A DNA stretch of 35,251 nt from Candidatus Woesearchaeota archaeon (GTDB taxonomy: Archaea; Nanobdellota; Nanobdellia; Pacearchaeales; GW2011-AR1): NCBI GenBank assembly GCA_964424875.1, contig CAYRKK010000003.1:1-35251 (forward strand), written 5' to 3'. Position 1 is the first letter of the stretch, and every line of letters starts with the position of its first letter. Both the position numbers and the translations under genes were made by a program. The notes beneath the pieces were generated by a model. It worked only from the letters and a program-made list of their open reading frames with translations. It was not told the origin of the DNA and ran no database searches. Of this stretch, positions 1 through 8,226 are shown piece by piece.

Positions 1-71
1 AGTCTTTAAATGATTAGCCCTTTTTAGAATTCTATAGGTTATATACTAAAATTTAGCATTATAAATCAAAC

Positions 72-116
72 TTATCTCATAGCAAAATATTTCTTAACTG
101 CGTAACTAGAGGGGTT
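72..116 (-). pseudogene. Diverged duplicate (remnant) of the primase gene 3' end
   Basis: Minus strand reads NPSSYAVKKYFAMR*, versus NPVNYAIKKYFGMQRR* at the end of 728..2386 (9/14 identical, same strand). It is preceded by an in-frame TAA, so it is not a standalone gene. Confidence 0.7.
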
Positions 117-120
117 TTAT

Positions 121-206
121 CATACCTCATAAAACATCAACATTAAAAATTTCAAAAATAAGGTAATATTAAATATATCTTTAACTTTATTTAATTATGA
201 GGTATG
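121..206. repeat. 12-bp inverted repeat, one arm covering the toxin start codon
   Basis: CATACCTCATAA (121-132) is the exact reverse complement of TTATGAGGTATG (195-206). Confidence 0.6.
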
Positions 207-514
207 CTGTTTACACTATTGAAAAATTTGATAAACAATTTGAAAAGTTATCAGGAGAATATCAAGAAAGAATCCAGAACCTTTTTCAACAATTAAAAGA
301 AAATCCTTATGTTGGTGACCAACTGCAGATTAGGGTTTTAAGAGAAAAAAGATTAGAAGAAAAAAGGATTTATTATTTAGTCTATGACAATTTACAAGCA
401 GTTCTTGTTGTTGCAATAAGTGATAAAAAGACTCAACAAGAAACAATTAATAGAATTCTAAGGTATCTAAATGAATGCAGATATCTTTTAGAAAAAATAT
501 TACAAGAAAATTAG
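197..514 (+). CDS. RelE/ParE-superfamily type II toxin
   Basis: 105 aa. Y-x-V-x-x-x-x-x-FDKQFEKL start, QLKENPYVGDQL, LREKR...RIYYLV and an alpha/beta RelE pattern. Confidence 0.8.
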   Translation: MRYAVYTIEKFDKQFEKLSGEYQERIQNLFQQLKENPYVGDQLQIRVLREKRLEEKRIYYLVYDNLQAVLVVAISDKKTQQETINRILRYLNECRYLLEKILQEN

Positions 515-651
515 GCAACCCTCCTAATTTTTCCCTGCCTAAGATCTTCTAGACCTTCTTTGAATTGCTTAACTAAATCAAAATCAACCCTCTCAAGTTC
601 TTTTAATCTTTCTAATTCTTGTTCCATTTTCATAAATTTTTCCATAGGCAT
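511..651 (-). CDS. Small putative antitoxin (archaeal RelB-like), below the ORF-track cutoff
   Basis: MPMEKFMKMEQELERLKELERVDFDLVKQFKEGLEDLRQGKIRRVA* (46 aa; frame extends to ATA at 666 as IENIT). The C-terminal GLEDLRQGKI resembles the 'SLEDIKxGRV' tail of small archaeal antitoxins. Its stop overlaps the toxin stop (TTAG 511-514). Confidence 0.65.
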   Translation of the reverse strand: MPMEKFMKMEQELERLKELERVDFDLVKQFKEGLEDLRQGKIRRVA

Positions 652-727
652 TGTTATATTTTCTATATTATCCCTATAATTTTCTTATTTATATAATTTG
701 TGGTTTTAATTATTGGAATAAATATTT

Positions 728-2386
728 TCATCTTCTTTGCATCCCAAAATACTTTTTAATTGCATAATTAACAGGGTTTTTTAATTGCATTGCTAATTGG
801 TCAGGTTTGTCGATTCCAAGATCTTTGTAGATGGGATTATTAAAATTAGGAGGGAGTTTTGGAGGATTTCTATAATACCAGTTTAATTGAGATTGCATAT
901 ATCCTTTTTTTAGGGGAAGATAGTTTTTTTCATTCCATTTATTAATTCTTTTTTCTGCTTCATTTTCTGGAACTCCTAAATATCTTAAAAAACTGAGCAA
1001 AATAAATAAAGCTCTCTTACGACCATCTTGTTTTACTCCTTGAAGAATAAGTTTTATTTGAGGAGGGAAGATTTCTTCACTTGGGTTTTCAATTATGATT
1101 CTTTTATAATCCTTATAATCTTTTTTTTGATTTGAGAATGCAGGAGTTGATTGTTTTTTTTCTTGAATAATATTGTCTTGTTTTTGTTTTTGTTCATGCC
1201 AATCTAAAGCCTGGAGTAAAAGTTCTTTTGCTTCTCCTGGTTTAGGTTCTAAATAAAAGTTTTTTATTTCTGATTTAAAGGGTTTTGCATCTGTAATTTG
1301 AAACTCTGATATTTTATCTTTATCAATTACAATTGATGAAAGAGCTGTTTTTTCATGGAGGGAGTAGGGCATACGGAATAAGTGTCTTGGTGCTACAAGA
1401 ATTAAATCCGCATCAATAAGGATTTCTGTTTTTGCTCTTGATTTTGCAAACATTTCAGGGCTTTTAATTGAAGTTAAATTACAGAACTCACAGAATAAAA
1501 TTTCTTTTCTTGATTTTTCAATTAAAGGTTTTCTGCAATTTTCATTAGGGCAAAGTGGAATTCTTTTATTATTTTCTATTTTTAAAACTTCTTCAATGTT
1601 TTTGCAGTTTTCACAAATCCATTTTACTTGATATTTTTTTGTTGCAGGCCTATGGCAAGAAAGACATTCGTCAATTATTAGGTCTTGTTCTTTTTTCCCT
1701 GTTCTTTGAGCTAGTTCTTTTAAGGTTTGATTTTTAAAAATTTCATCTGCAAGTTTTGGTTTTATAATATCTGCTAAATATTCACAGATTATTCTTGGAA
1801 ATTCAGGAAACATGTTTTTTGTTTTTTGATTATAAATTTGTTCTGGAAAAGCTTTCCAAGGGATGATTATATGAAAACCTTTACTTCCTGAAAATTTTAT
1901 TGAAAAATTTTCAACACTATGAAATCTTAAAGTACTGACAAGAAGTTGTGTATAAATCTTGCTGTATTCTAAATAAGGAGAATCTATATCTAAAAGCAAG
2001 TCCCAACCAATTCTTAAATCATCTAATTCTTGTCTTGATAAATCTGTTGAAATTTCTAAAGGGTCTTCCCATAGTTCTTCTGAACAATGAAATGAAGTTG
2101 CTCCTCTTTTAACTTGCTCTAAAATATCTCCTTGATACTGGAAATTGTCAGGCCTTTTTCCAAAACCTTCATAATATCTTGGGATGCATTCTCTGTTTTT
2201 AGAAAATTCATAAATTGCTTTTTGAATACTTGATTGTGAATAATGGATAAATGTTATATCTCTAATTCTTTGTTCTTTGTGAGAAATTTCTTTTTTTTGT
2301 TCTTCAGATTCTGGTTTTTTAATTTGGTTTTCTTGTTCTGGTTTTTCTGATTTAATTTTTTCAAAATTAGGCTGAGAATTGTTCAT
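728..2386 (-). CDS. priS: Archaeo-eukaryotic DNA primase, fused PriS-PriL (DPANN type), with a Zn-finger insertion
   Basis: AEP motifs WDLLLDID, FSGSKGFHI and RHLFRMPYSLHEK. Four CxxC/CxxxxC pairs form an insert. The C-terminal region is PriL-CTD-like (FPPQI...DGRKRALFIL...PPNF...KNPVNY). Divergent from PCNA. Confidence 0.88.
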   Translation of the reverse strand: MNNSQPNFEKIKSEKPEQENQIKKPESEEQKKEISHKEQRIRDITFIHYSQSSIQKAIYEFSKNRECIPRYYEGFGKRPDNFQYQGDILEQVKRGATSFHCSEELWEDPLEISTDLSRQELDDLRIGWDLLLDIDSPYLEYSKIYTQLLVSTLRFHSVENFSIKFSGSKGFHIIIPWKAFPEQIYNQKTKNMFPEFPRIICEYLADIIKPKLADEIFKNQTLKELAQRTGKKEQDLIIDECLSCHRPATKKYQVKWICENCKNIEEVLKIENNKRIPLCPNENCRKPLIEKSRKEILFCEFCNLTSIKSPEMFAKSRAKTEILIDADLILVAPRHLFRMPYSLHEKTALSSIVIDKDKISEFQITDAKPFKSEIKNFYLEPKPGEAKELLLQALDWHEQKQKQDNIIQEKKQSTPAFSNQKKDYKDYKRIIIENPSEEIFPPQIKLILQGVKQDGRKRALFILLSFLRYLGVPENEAEKRINKWNEKNYLPLKKGYMQSQLNWYYRNPPKLPPNFNNPIYKDLGIDKPDQLAMQLKNPVNYAIKKYFGMQRR

Positions 2387-2509
2387 GGATTTTGCCTCCT
2401 TTGGTTTAGTTATTAGTATTGCTTATTAATCATTTTATATTTATATACTAACTTATTCTCTAACATCATAATCTTTAAAAGTAAGTTGGGGTTTTATTTT
2501 TAATAAAAG

Positions 2510-3238
2510 ATGTTATTAAAATTAGACAAACCTAAAATATTTTCAGAGATTATTGGAATTCTTTCTGAGATGGTTTTAGAAGTAAGATTGAAGGTCAATA
2601 AAGAAGGACTGAGTATTAGTGCTATTGATCCTGCAAATGTAGCTATGATTTTATTTAAATTGCCTAACACTGGTTTTTCTCAATTTGAAGTTGAAAACGA
2701 TGAAGTTTTAGGAGTTAGTTTAGAAAGTTTGAAAGCTGTTTTAAGAAGAGTAAAAGCAGGAAGTGTTTTGATTATTACAAAACAAGAAAATGAATTAAAA
2801 TTGCAAATTCAAGATAAGATTAAAAAAGAGTTTAATTTAGCATTAATTGATGTTGAAGGTGAAGAAAAACCAATTCCTAATTTAGATTTTACAAGTAAGA
2901 TTGAAATGAATTCTCTGGATTTTTCAGAAGCAATTGAAGATTGTGCTGTTGTTGCTGATTCTTGCAGTTTTGTTTCAGAAGCTGATAAGTTTATTATACA
3001 AGCCAAGGGTTCTTTAAATTCATTTAAATCAGAGTTTGGTGATGAAGTAAATATTCAGGCTGAACAAGCAGAATCAAAATATTCTTTAGAATATTTGCAG
3101 AAGATGATTAAAGCAACTAAATTAACTGATAAGGTAGTTATTAATTTTTCAAATGATTATCCTCTTAAATTAGAATTTAATACTCCTTTAATTGAGTTGT
3201 CTTTTATTTTGGCTCCAAGAGTAGAGAGTGAGGACTGA
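2510..3238 (+). CDS. pcn: DNA polymerase sliding clamp (PCNA)
   Basis: 242 aa with AIDPANVAM, YSLEYL, DYPLKLEF and C-terminal FILAPRVE, all typical PCNA motifs. Confidence 0.96.
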   Translation: MLLKLDKPKIFSEIIGILSEMVLEVRLKVNKEGLSISAIDPANVAMILFKLPNTGFSQFEVENDEVLGVSLESLKAVLRRVKAGSVLIITKQENELKLQIQDKIKKEFNLALIDVEGEEKPIPNLDFTSKIEMNSLDFSEAIEDCAVVADSCSFVSEADKFIIQAKGSLNSFKSEFGDEVNIQAEQAESKYSLEYLQKMIKATKLTDKVVINFSNDYPLKLEFNTPLIELSFILAPRVESED

Positions 3239-3294
3239 TGCTTGGTGAATATTTAATTCATAAGTGACCAAGTAGTAGTCTGAATTGAGGATTA

Positions 3295-3310
3295 GAGGAA
3301 GTTTTAAAAA
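3295..3310 (+). promoter_or_regulatory. Putative BRE/TATA promoter of cassette 1
   Basis: Purine run followed by TTTAAAAA (3303-3310), 21 nt before ATG 3332. The same 21-nt spacing occurs at 17479, 20158 and 25653. Confidence 0.5.
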
Positions 3311-3331
3311 GTATTGTTTCTTAAAAGGTTT

Positions 3332-4084
3332 ATGAAAAGAGGACAAGTTACTATATTTATTGTTGTAGCTATTGTAGTTATAGGGATTGTAGGAGTTTTG
3401 ATTTATCTTAATACAAATAAAAATCAAGAATCTAAATCTGTATTAGAAACAGATTCTGTTCATTCTTTTGTTCAATTATGTCTTGATGAAACATTAAAAG
3501 AAGGAGTTGAATTTGTAGGATTGCAAGGAGGTTATTATAATGAACCTGTTTTAAGTAAGTATTATATTTTTTATAATATACCTTATTACTGGTCTGCTGG
3601 AGAAAACAAGATTCCTGAAATAAATAAAATAGAGGAAGAGATTTCTGAGTATGTGGAAGATAATCTTGATTATTGTTTAAATGATTTTAAAATTTTTGAG
3701 AATAGTTATGAAATTAAAGCATCTGAAATAAATGTAAAATCATTAGATGTTTTAGATAATGAAGTCCAAGTTAATATAGATTATCCAATTAGTGTGCAGG
3801 CAGGAGAGAAGATAGTTGAGTTTAAAAAATTTGATTCTAGTGTTTCAAGTGATTTAAAAAAAGCTTATGATATTTCTAAACAGATTATTGAAGAACAGAA
3901 AAAAACTCCAAATGAAATTCCTCTTGGATTTATTGCTCAATTAGCATCATCAAATGATTTTACTTTTGAAACAATAAATGTTGAGGACGATGATGTTGTT
4001 TATACATTAATTTTTGGAAATGAAAATAATCCTTTTATATATGCTTATGCTGCTGATTATGATTGGGAGGTTGAAGGAGAATGA
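3332..4084 (+). CDS. Class III signal peptide (pilin-like) protein, adaptor subtype B
   Basis: MKRG|QVTIFIVVAIVVIG. Shares FVxxC, GGY, IPYY, YCxNxF and YPIS with 17479 and 20158. ATG 3332 is preferred over the TTG at 3314. Stop overlaps the next ATG (ATGA). Confidence 0.8.
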   Translation: MKRGQVTIFIVVAIVVIGIVGVLIYLNTNKNQESKSVLETDSVHSFVQLCLDETLKEGVEFVGLQGGYYNEPVLSKYYIFYNIPYYWSAGENKIPEINKIEEEISEYVEDNLDYCLNDFKIFENSYEIKASEINVKSLDVLDNEVQVNIDYPISVQAGEKIVEFKKFDSSVSSDLKKAYDISKQIIEEQKKTPNEIPLGFIAQLASSNDFTFETINVEDDDVVYTLIFGNENNPFIYAYAADYDWEVEGE

Positions 4085-6270
4085 AATTTAAAAATATATT
4101 TATTTTGTTAATTTTTATTATTTTATTAGTTTCTTTTGTTTCTGCTGCAAAAGAAGTTGTTGTTAATTATTATGAAAATTATATTGAAGATCCTCAAGCA
4201 TATGTTAATTCTAATGGGGGAGATGGAATTATAGTTGAATCAGGAGCTAAGATTGTAAATTCTTTTCCAGAAGATAAAGGAGCTATATCTACTTTAACAA
4301 CTGTTCAAGGAGATGATGGAGAAGAACTTCCTGGAGGAAATGAAAAAATATTTGTTAATTTAAAAGATTTGCCTAGAGGTTCTAAAATATTAAAAGATGG
4401 GTCTATTGTAATAAATGAAGGTGAAACTAATGAAGTAAAGATTTCTAATGGAAGAATTTCAAAAGCTGAAGATGGTAGTTTTGATATTGGGGAGGGTGTT
4501 ATTGAAATTAATAGAAAAGAATATGCTGGCACAGCGGATTCTTTTAAACCTCTTAATTTAAAATTTTCAGATGATAAAATTACTTTATCTAGTGAGGATA
4601 CTGTAGGTCAAATAGATATGATTAATGGTAATCTTCTTTTTGACTTTGTTGGTTCAGTAAGTATTTATTCTGATGGGCATATTGATATTGAAAAAGGAAC
4701 TTATTTTAGTGCATATAGGAATCTTGGAGCCATGGATATTGAAACCTGGCATATTGGTGAAAAAGAAACTGATCAAGATGGTATAACAACAACTTATACA
4801 GGTATTGCTGAGAAAATATCTTATTCTAATGATATAAACTGGAAACCTTCTGATGATAATCAAGCCTATATTAAATACTACAATGACAATGGTGTGGAAA
4901 CAATTGACATTGAAAATGTTGATTTTATATTAAATATGGGAATATATGAAAGCTTTTTTCAAGATGGAAAAACAAATATTATTTCTAATGCTGTTGAAAA
5001 TGGAGAAATAAATATAGATATATCAGATAAAAAAGGGGGTTTATTTATTGATAATCGGGGAGTAAATGTAATGGGAGATATTGCAGATATAAATCTAAAC
5101 TCAAGATATACTGATAATAATGGTGAAACTCATAATTTGATAATAGATGAATATGGTACTATTAATATATGTAGTGAATGTAGGGAAGTTGGAAGAGCAT
5201 TTCAAAGATTGGATAATCTTTTGAAAAAAAGAACTGAAAGTTTTTCTGGAAATCGTATAAGATTAGAATCAAGTACAATAATTACTGAAGCATATTATAC
5301 TGAAGATAATATAGAAGTTTATAGAACTAATGAAGATGAAACTTTTATTATTGATTTAGATAGTGAATCTGTTTTATATAAAAAAGGTAATGAGGATTAT
5401 AAATTTATAAATATTGATATGGATGGAAAAATAAAATTTTCTGATAAACAAGAACTTATAGGCCCAATAACTACAAGACTTATTGAAAGAGAAAATGATG
5501 CTATAAAAAAAGGAATATTGCCAAATGGAGCTTATACTCTGACTCCAAAAGTAGATTTAAGAATGAGGGGTAAAATGATTTCTCCTTTAGAGCAAAGAAA
5601 TGCAGGAGATATACTTGTAAAAGATCCTGCTATAAAAGGTATTGGAAGTGATGTTTTTAGATTAGATACTGATACAGGAGAATATAAAATTGTAGCATCT
5701 TCTTGGCCAGGAAGTTTAATTGATTCTAAAATGTCAATGACTCCTTCTGATTTTGATAGTTATATGAAAGGGAAATATGTCGAAATTATTCCTTATAGTT
5801 ATGAAGGTCCTTATGATGCTAAGGCAGGATATGCAGATATAAAAATTGTTGATTCAAGAGGGAATACTATAGGAACTATAAAAAATGAAGGAGAAGGCAT
5901 GTTTGCTAAACTTAATGTTTATGGTCCTGATAATAAAAAAATAGGATCTTATATTCAATTAGAGGATGCAAAAAAAGCATTTGAAGGAAGAGCACTACAT
6001 GAATGGTATTCAAAACCAAAAACTCAAAGTTTTGGGGAAGGAATTTTCGAGGATATTCAAAGGGCTAGAGAATATAGTTATAGAGGTTATGATAATAGTA
6101 AAGCAGGAGCAGATTTTAAGATTTTAAATTCTCAAGAAAATCAAATCGGAAGAATCTGGAGATCAAATATGGGAAACGAGTATTATGTTTATGATATTGA
6201 TGGAAATATTATTGGAAAATATGATACTTTAGATAAGGCAAAAGAAAACTTTGAATTAAAAAATAGATGA
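4081..6270 (+). CDS. Large secreted beta-rich hypothetical protein with two C-terminal ~55-aa repeats
   Basis: Sec signal MKFKNIFILLIFIILLVSFVSA. Acidic, Gly/Asn/Ile-rich body. Repeats KAGYADIKIVDSRGNTIG...LEDAKKAFE and KAGADFKILNSQENQIG...LDKAKENFE. Confidence 0.75.
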   Translation: MKFKNIFILLIFIILLVSFVSAAKEVVVNYYENYIEDPQAYVNSNGGDGIIVESGAKIVNSFPEDKGAISTLTTVQGDDGEELPGGNEKIFVNLKDLPRGSKILKDGSIVINEGETNEVKISNGRISKAEDGSFDIGEGVIEINRKEYAGTADSFKPLNLKFSDDKITLSSEDTVGQIDMINGNLLFDFVGSVSIYSDGHIDIEKGTYFSAYRNLGAMDIETWHIGEKETDQDGITTTYTGIAEKISYSNDINWKPSDDNQAYIKYYNDNGVETIDIENVDFILNMGIYESFFQDGKTNIISNAVENGEINIDISDKKGGLFIDNRGVNVMGDIADINLNSRYTDNNGETHNLIIDEYGTINICSECREVGRAFQRLDNLLKKRTESFSGNRIRLESSTIITEAYYTEDNIEVYRTNEDETFIIDLDSESVLYKKGNEDYKFINIDMDGKIKFSDKQELIGPITTRLIERENDAIKKGILPNGAYTLTPKVDLRMRGKMISPLEQRNAGDILVKDPAIKGIGSDVFRLDTDTGEYKIVASSWPGSLIDSKMSMTPSDFDSYMKGKYVEIIPYSYEGPYDAKAGYADIKIVDSRGNTIGTIKNEGEGMFAKLNVYGPDNKKIGSYIQLEDAKKAFEGRALHEWYSKPKTQSFGEGIFEDIQRAREYSYRGYDNSKAGADFKILNSQENQIGRIWRSNMGNEYYVYDIDGNIIGKYDTLDKAKENFELKNR

Positions 6271-6358
6271 TAAATATTATTTTTCAAAACACAGCTACAT
6301 CCCAAATTAATTGAACTCAATTAATTTGTTATTTCTAATAATAAAAAGGAGGTTGCAC

Positions 6359-7318
6359 ATGGGAGAGCCGATTACTCGGCTCAATCCACAAGTGGAGTCC
6401 CAAGTACAAAAGATTCTATTTGTTCAGGCGATTGAGTTAATTCTGAAAATCATAATGATTCTACCAGAAAATAATTCAATAAAGCCTGGACCTAAACCAT
6501 ATGATTATCGTATGGTTTTATCTTTATGTATTTTTCGGATTCTACTGCGAAAGACTTATGCTGACTATGAAATAGAAATGAGGACAGATTTAAGGATTTG
6601 CAAACTTTTGGACTTGCAAATTCTTCCAGGGAAAAGCACAATTCAAAGAGGTTTAGCACAAACAAAAATGGATTTATTAAGAACAATAAATTCAATCTTA
6701 TTAGAAGATTGGATGAAAAGAAAATTGAACATTCTTCTTGATGCTTCTGGAATAAGAATTGTTGGAAGAAGTGTTTGGTTTTCATTAAGAGCAAAAAGGC
6801 CAATTTCTCGACGAGAATGTGATAAAATTCACATTGCTGTTTGCAGTGATGTACATGTGATTTTGAACTGGTTTATTACAAAAGGAAAGAGACATGACTC
6901 TCCATTTTTCAAAAGATTGTTAGCACCATTTAAGTTTCTTGGATTTGTCCTTGCAGATGTTGGATATCTTGCACGTAAAAACGTGCAATATGTTTTCGAT
7001 AGAAATGGAGCTGTGTTTATTCCATTCAAAAAAGGAAATACTGCAAAACCAAAGAGCCATCCAGCATGGAAATATTTGTTTAAACTTTGGAAAGTTTTAC
7101 CAATGTTATGTAAAAGTATTTATAATCAACGTCCAAAAGTTGAAGCTGTTTTTGCAGCGTTGAAAAAACGTTATGGAGATAGATTAGATTCTAAAGGAGC
7201 AAGAATGAGAAGACGAGAAATGGCTATGAGATTTCTAGCTTATAATATTCGGATTGTGATTTGTTATCAATATGCGAATGAACATGGTCTTTTGTTGTGG
7301 GTTCGAGCTAAGCAGTAA
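6359..7318 (+). CDS. DDE transposase (IS5/IS4 superfamily)
   Basis: LDASG, KIHIAV, HDSP, ADVGY and YNQRPKVEAVFAALKKR (Y-2-R-3-E-6-K signature). ATG 6359 is preceded by GGAGG at 6348-6352. Confidence 0.9.
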   Translation: MGEPITRLNPQVESQVQKILFVQAIELILKIIMILPENNSIKPGPKPYDYRMVLSLCIFRILLRKTYADYEIEMRTDLRICKLLDLQILPGKSTIQRGLAQTKMDLLRTINSILLEDWMKRKLNILLDASGIRIVGRSVWFSLRAKRPISRRECDKIHIAVCSDVHVILNWFITKGKRHDSPFFKRLLAPFKFLGFVLADVGYLARKNVQYVFDRNGAVFIPFKKGNTAKPKSHPAWKYLFKLWKVLPMLCKSIYNQRPKVEAVFAALKKRYGDRLDSKGARMRRREMAMRFLAYNIRIVICYQYANEHGLLLWVRAKQ

Positions 7319-7387
7319 AGAAATACTCCAAAAAGAGAAAGTTACTAGCCATAGCTCTCTTAAATTTTAGACTATTAAGATAAAGAG

Positions 7388-7419
7388 AAATTTCATCTTG
7401 GCAGAGCCAGATGAAATTT
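7388..7419. terminator. Stem-loop in the IS 3' untranslated region
   Basis: AAATTTCATCT(T)GGC-AGA-GCCAGATGAAATTT, a 14-bp stem with one bulge. Terminator role is inferred only. Confidence 0.4.
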
Positions 7420-7553
7420 ATTAAATACTTCTAATTTTGAAAAAATTAGCTAATTTCTATTGAGATTTGATTTGGGATTTAGCTTCAAAACACTAAAGTT
7501 TTAAAAACCCTTTTTATTATAAAATATTACTTCTAAATTTTTAAGAAGATAAA

Positions 7554-7877
7554 ATGCCATTAACAGATTATATAATAACAGAATATGAAATTTCAGATGA
7601 TGAAAAAGTAGCTTTGAGGTTGAGTTATGAATATGGAAAAGTTTCAACAGTTGCATTTAATAATCATAGTGATATTTTAATTAGCAGACCAGGATTTCCT
7701 GAAATAGATATTCCCATAATGAGTGCTATTAAATTTTATCAAGATGGTTCTACAATTTATGCTGAACTTAATAAAAAAGGGTTTAAAGATAATCTTTCTT
7801 TAGGGAAAATCGTAGAGGGAGATTTGGAAAAAGCAATTGAATGGATTAGGGTTGCTAATTTTAGGATATATCCCTAA
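7554..7877 (+). CDS. Hypothetical cytoplasmic protein (107 aa)
   Basis: ATG-started ORF with ordinary composition. No signal peptide and no recognised motif. Confidence 0.65.
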   Translation: MPLTDYIITEYEISDDEKVALRLSYEYGKVSTVAFNNHSDILISRPGFPEIDIPIMSAIKFYQDGSTIYAELNKKGFKDNLSLGKIVEGDLEKAIEWIRVANFRIYP

Positions 7878-8020
7878 ATCTTTATTTTTTCTCCACCAAA
7901 ACATTTATATATAACTATGTACCTTCATAATATAATACTTATGTTAATCAATAGGTATTAACTTACTAATATTATTAGGCATGTTGTTATGTAAATAAGA
8001 AAGAATAAGCTTATGAATAT

Positions 8021-8212
8021 ATGATGATTAAACAACAAAACGAGAAGATATTAAAACTTCTGAGGGAAAAGAGGGTGATAACAAGTTCGGAACTTGCTAA
8101 ATTTCTTGGAGTTAGCTGGAATACTGCTGAAAAATATTTACTTGAATTAATTATTGAGAATAAGATCGAAAGAATAAAAAAAGATGGGGTGAATTTATGG
8201 TTGTTAAAATAA
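8021..8212 (+). CDS. Small winged helix-turn-helix DNA-binding protein
   Basis: KILKLLRE...ITSSELAKFLGVSWNTAEKYLLEL...KIERIKKDG..LW, a classic wHTH with beta-wing. Confidence 0.85.
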   Translation: MMIKQQNEKILKLLREKRVITSSELAKFLGVSWNTAEKYLLELIIENKIERIKKDGVNLWLLK

Positions 8213-8226
8213 ATGTTTATGAAAAG

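Larger units (their letters stand above)
6293..7484 (+). mobile_element. Complete insertion sequence, IS5 family (IS903-like), 1192 bp
   Basis: Left TIR AGCTACATCCCAAATTAA (6293-6310) matches the right TIR reverse complement AGCTAAATCCCAAATCAA (7467-7484) at 16/18. The 9-bp direct repeat TCAAAACAC flanks it at 6284-6292 and 7485-7493. Confidence 0.9.

Noticed and set aside
6311-6358. TTG start at 6311 for the transposase
   Set aside because: It abuts the left TIR; ATG 6359 has a GGAGG ribosome-binding site at suitable spacing.
7554-7877. Immunity protein for passenger 4081..6270 (adjacent once the IS is removed)
   Set aside because: No toxic domain is recognisable in 4081, the ORF is cytoplasmic while the passenger is secreted, and it seems to have its own promoter.
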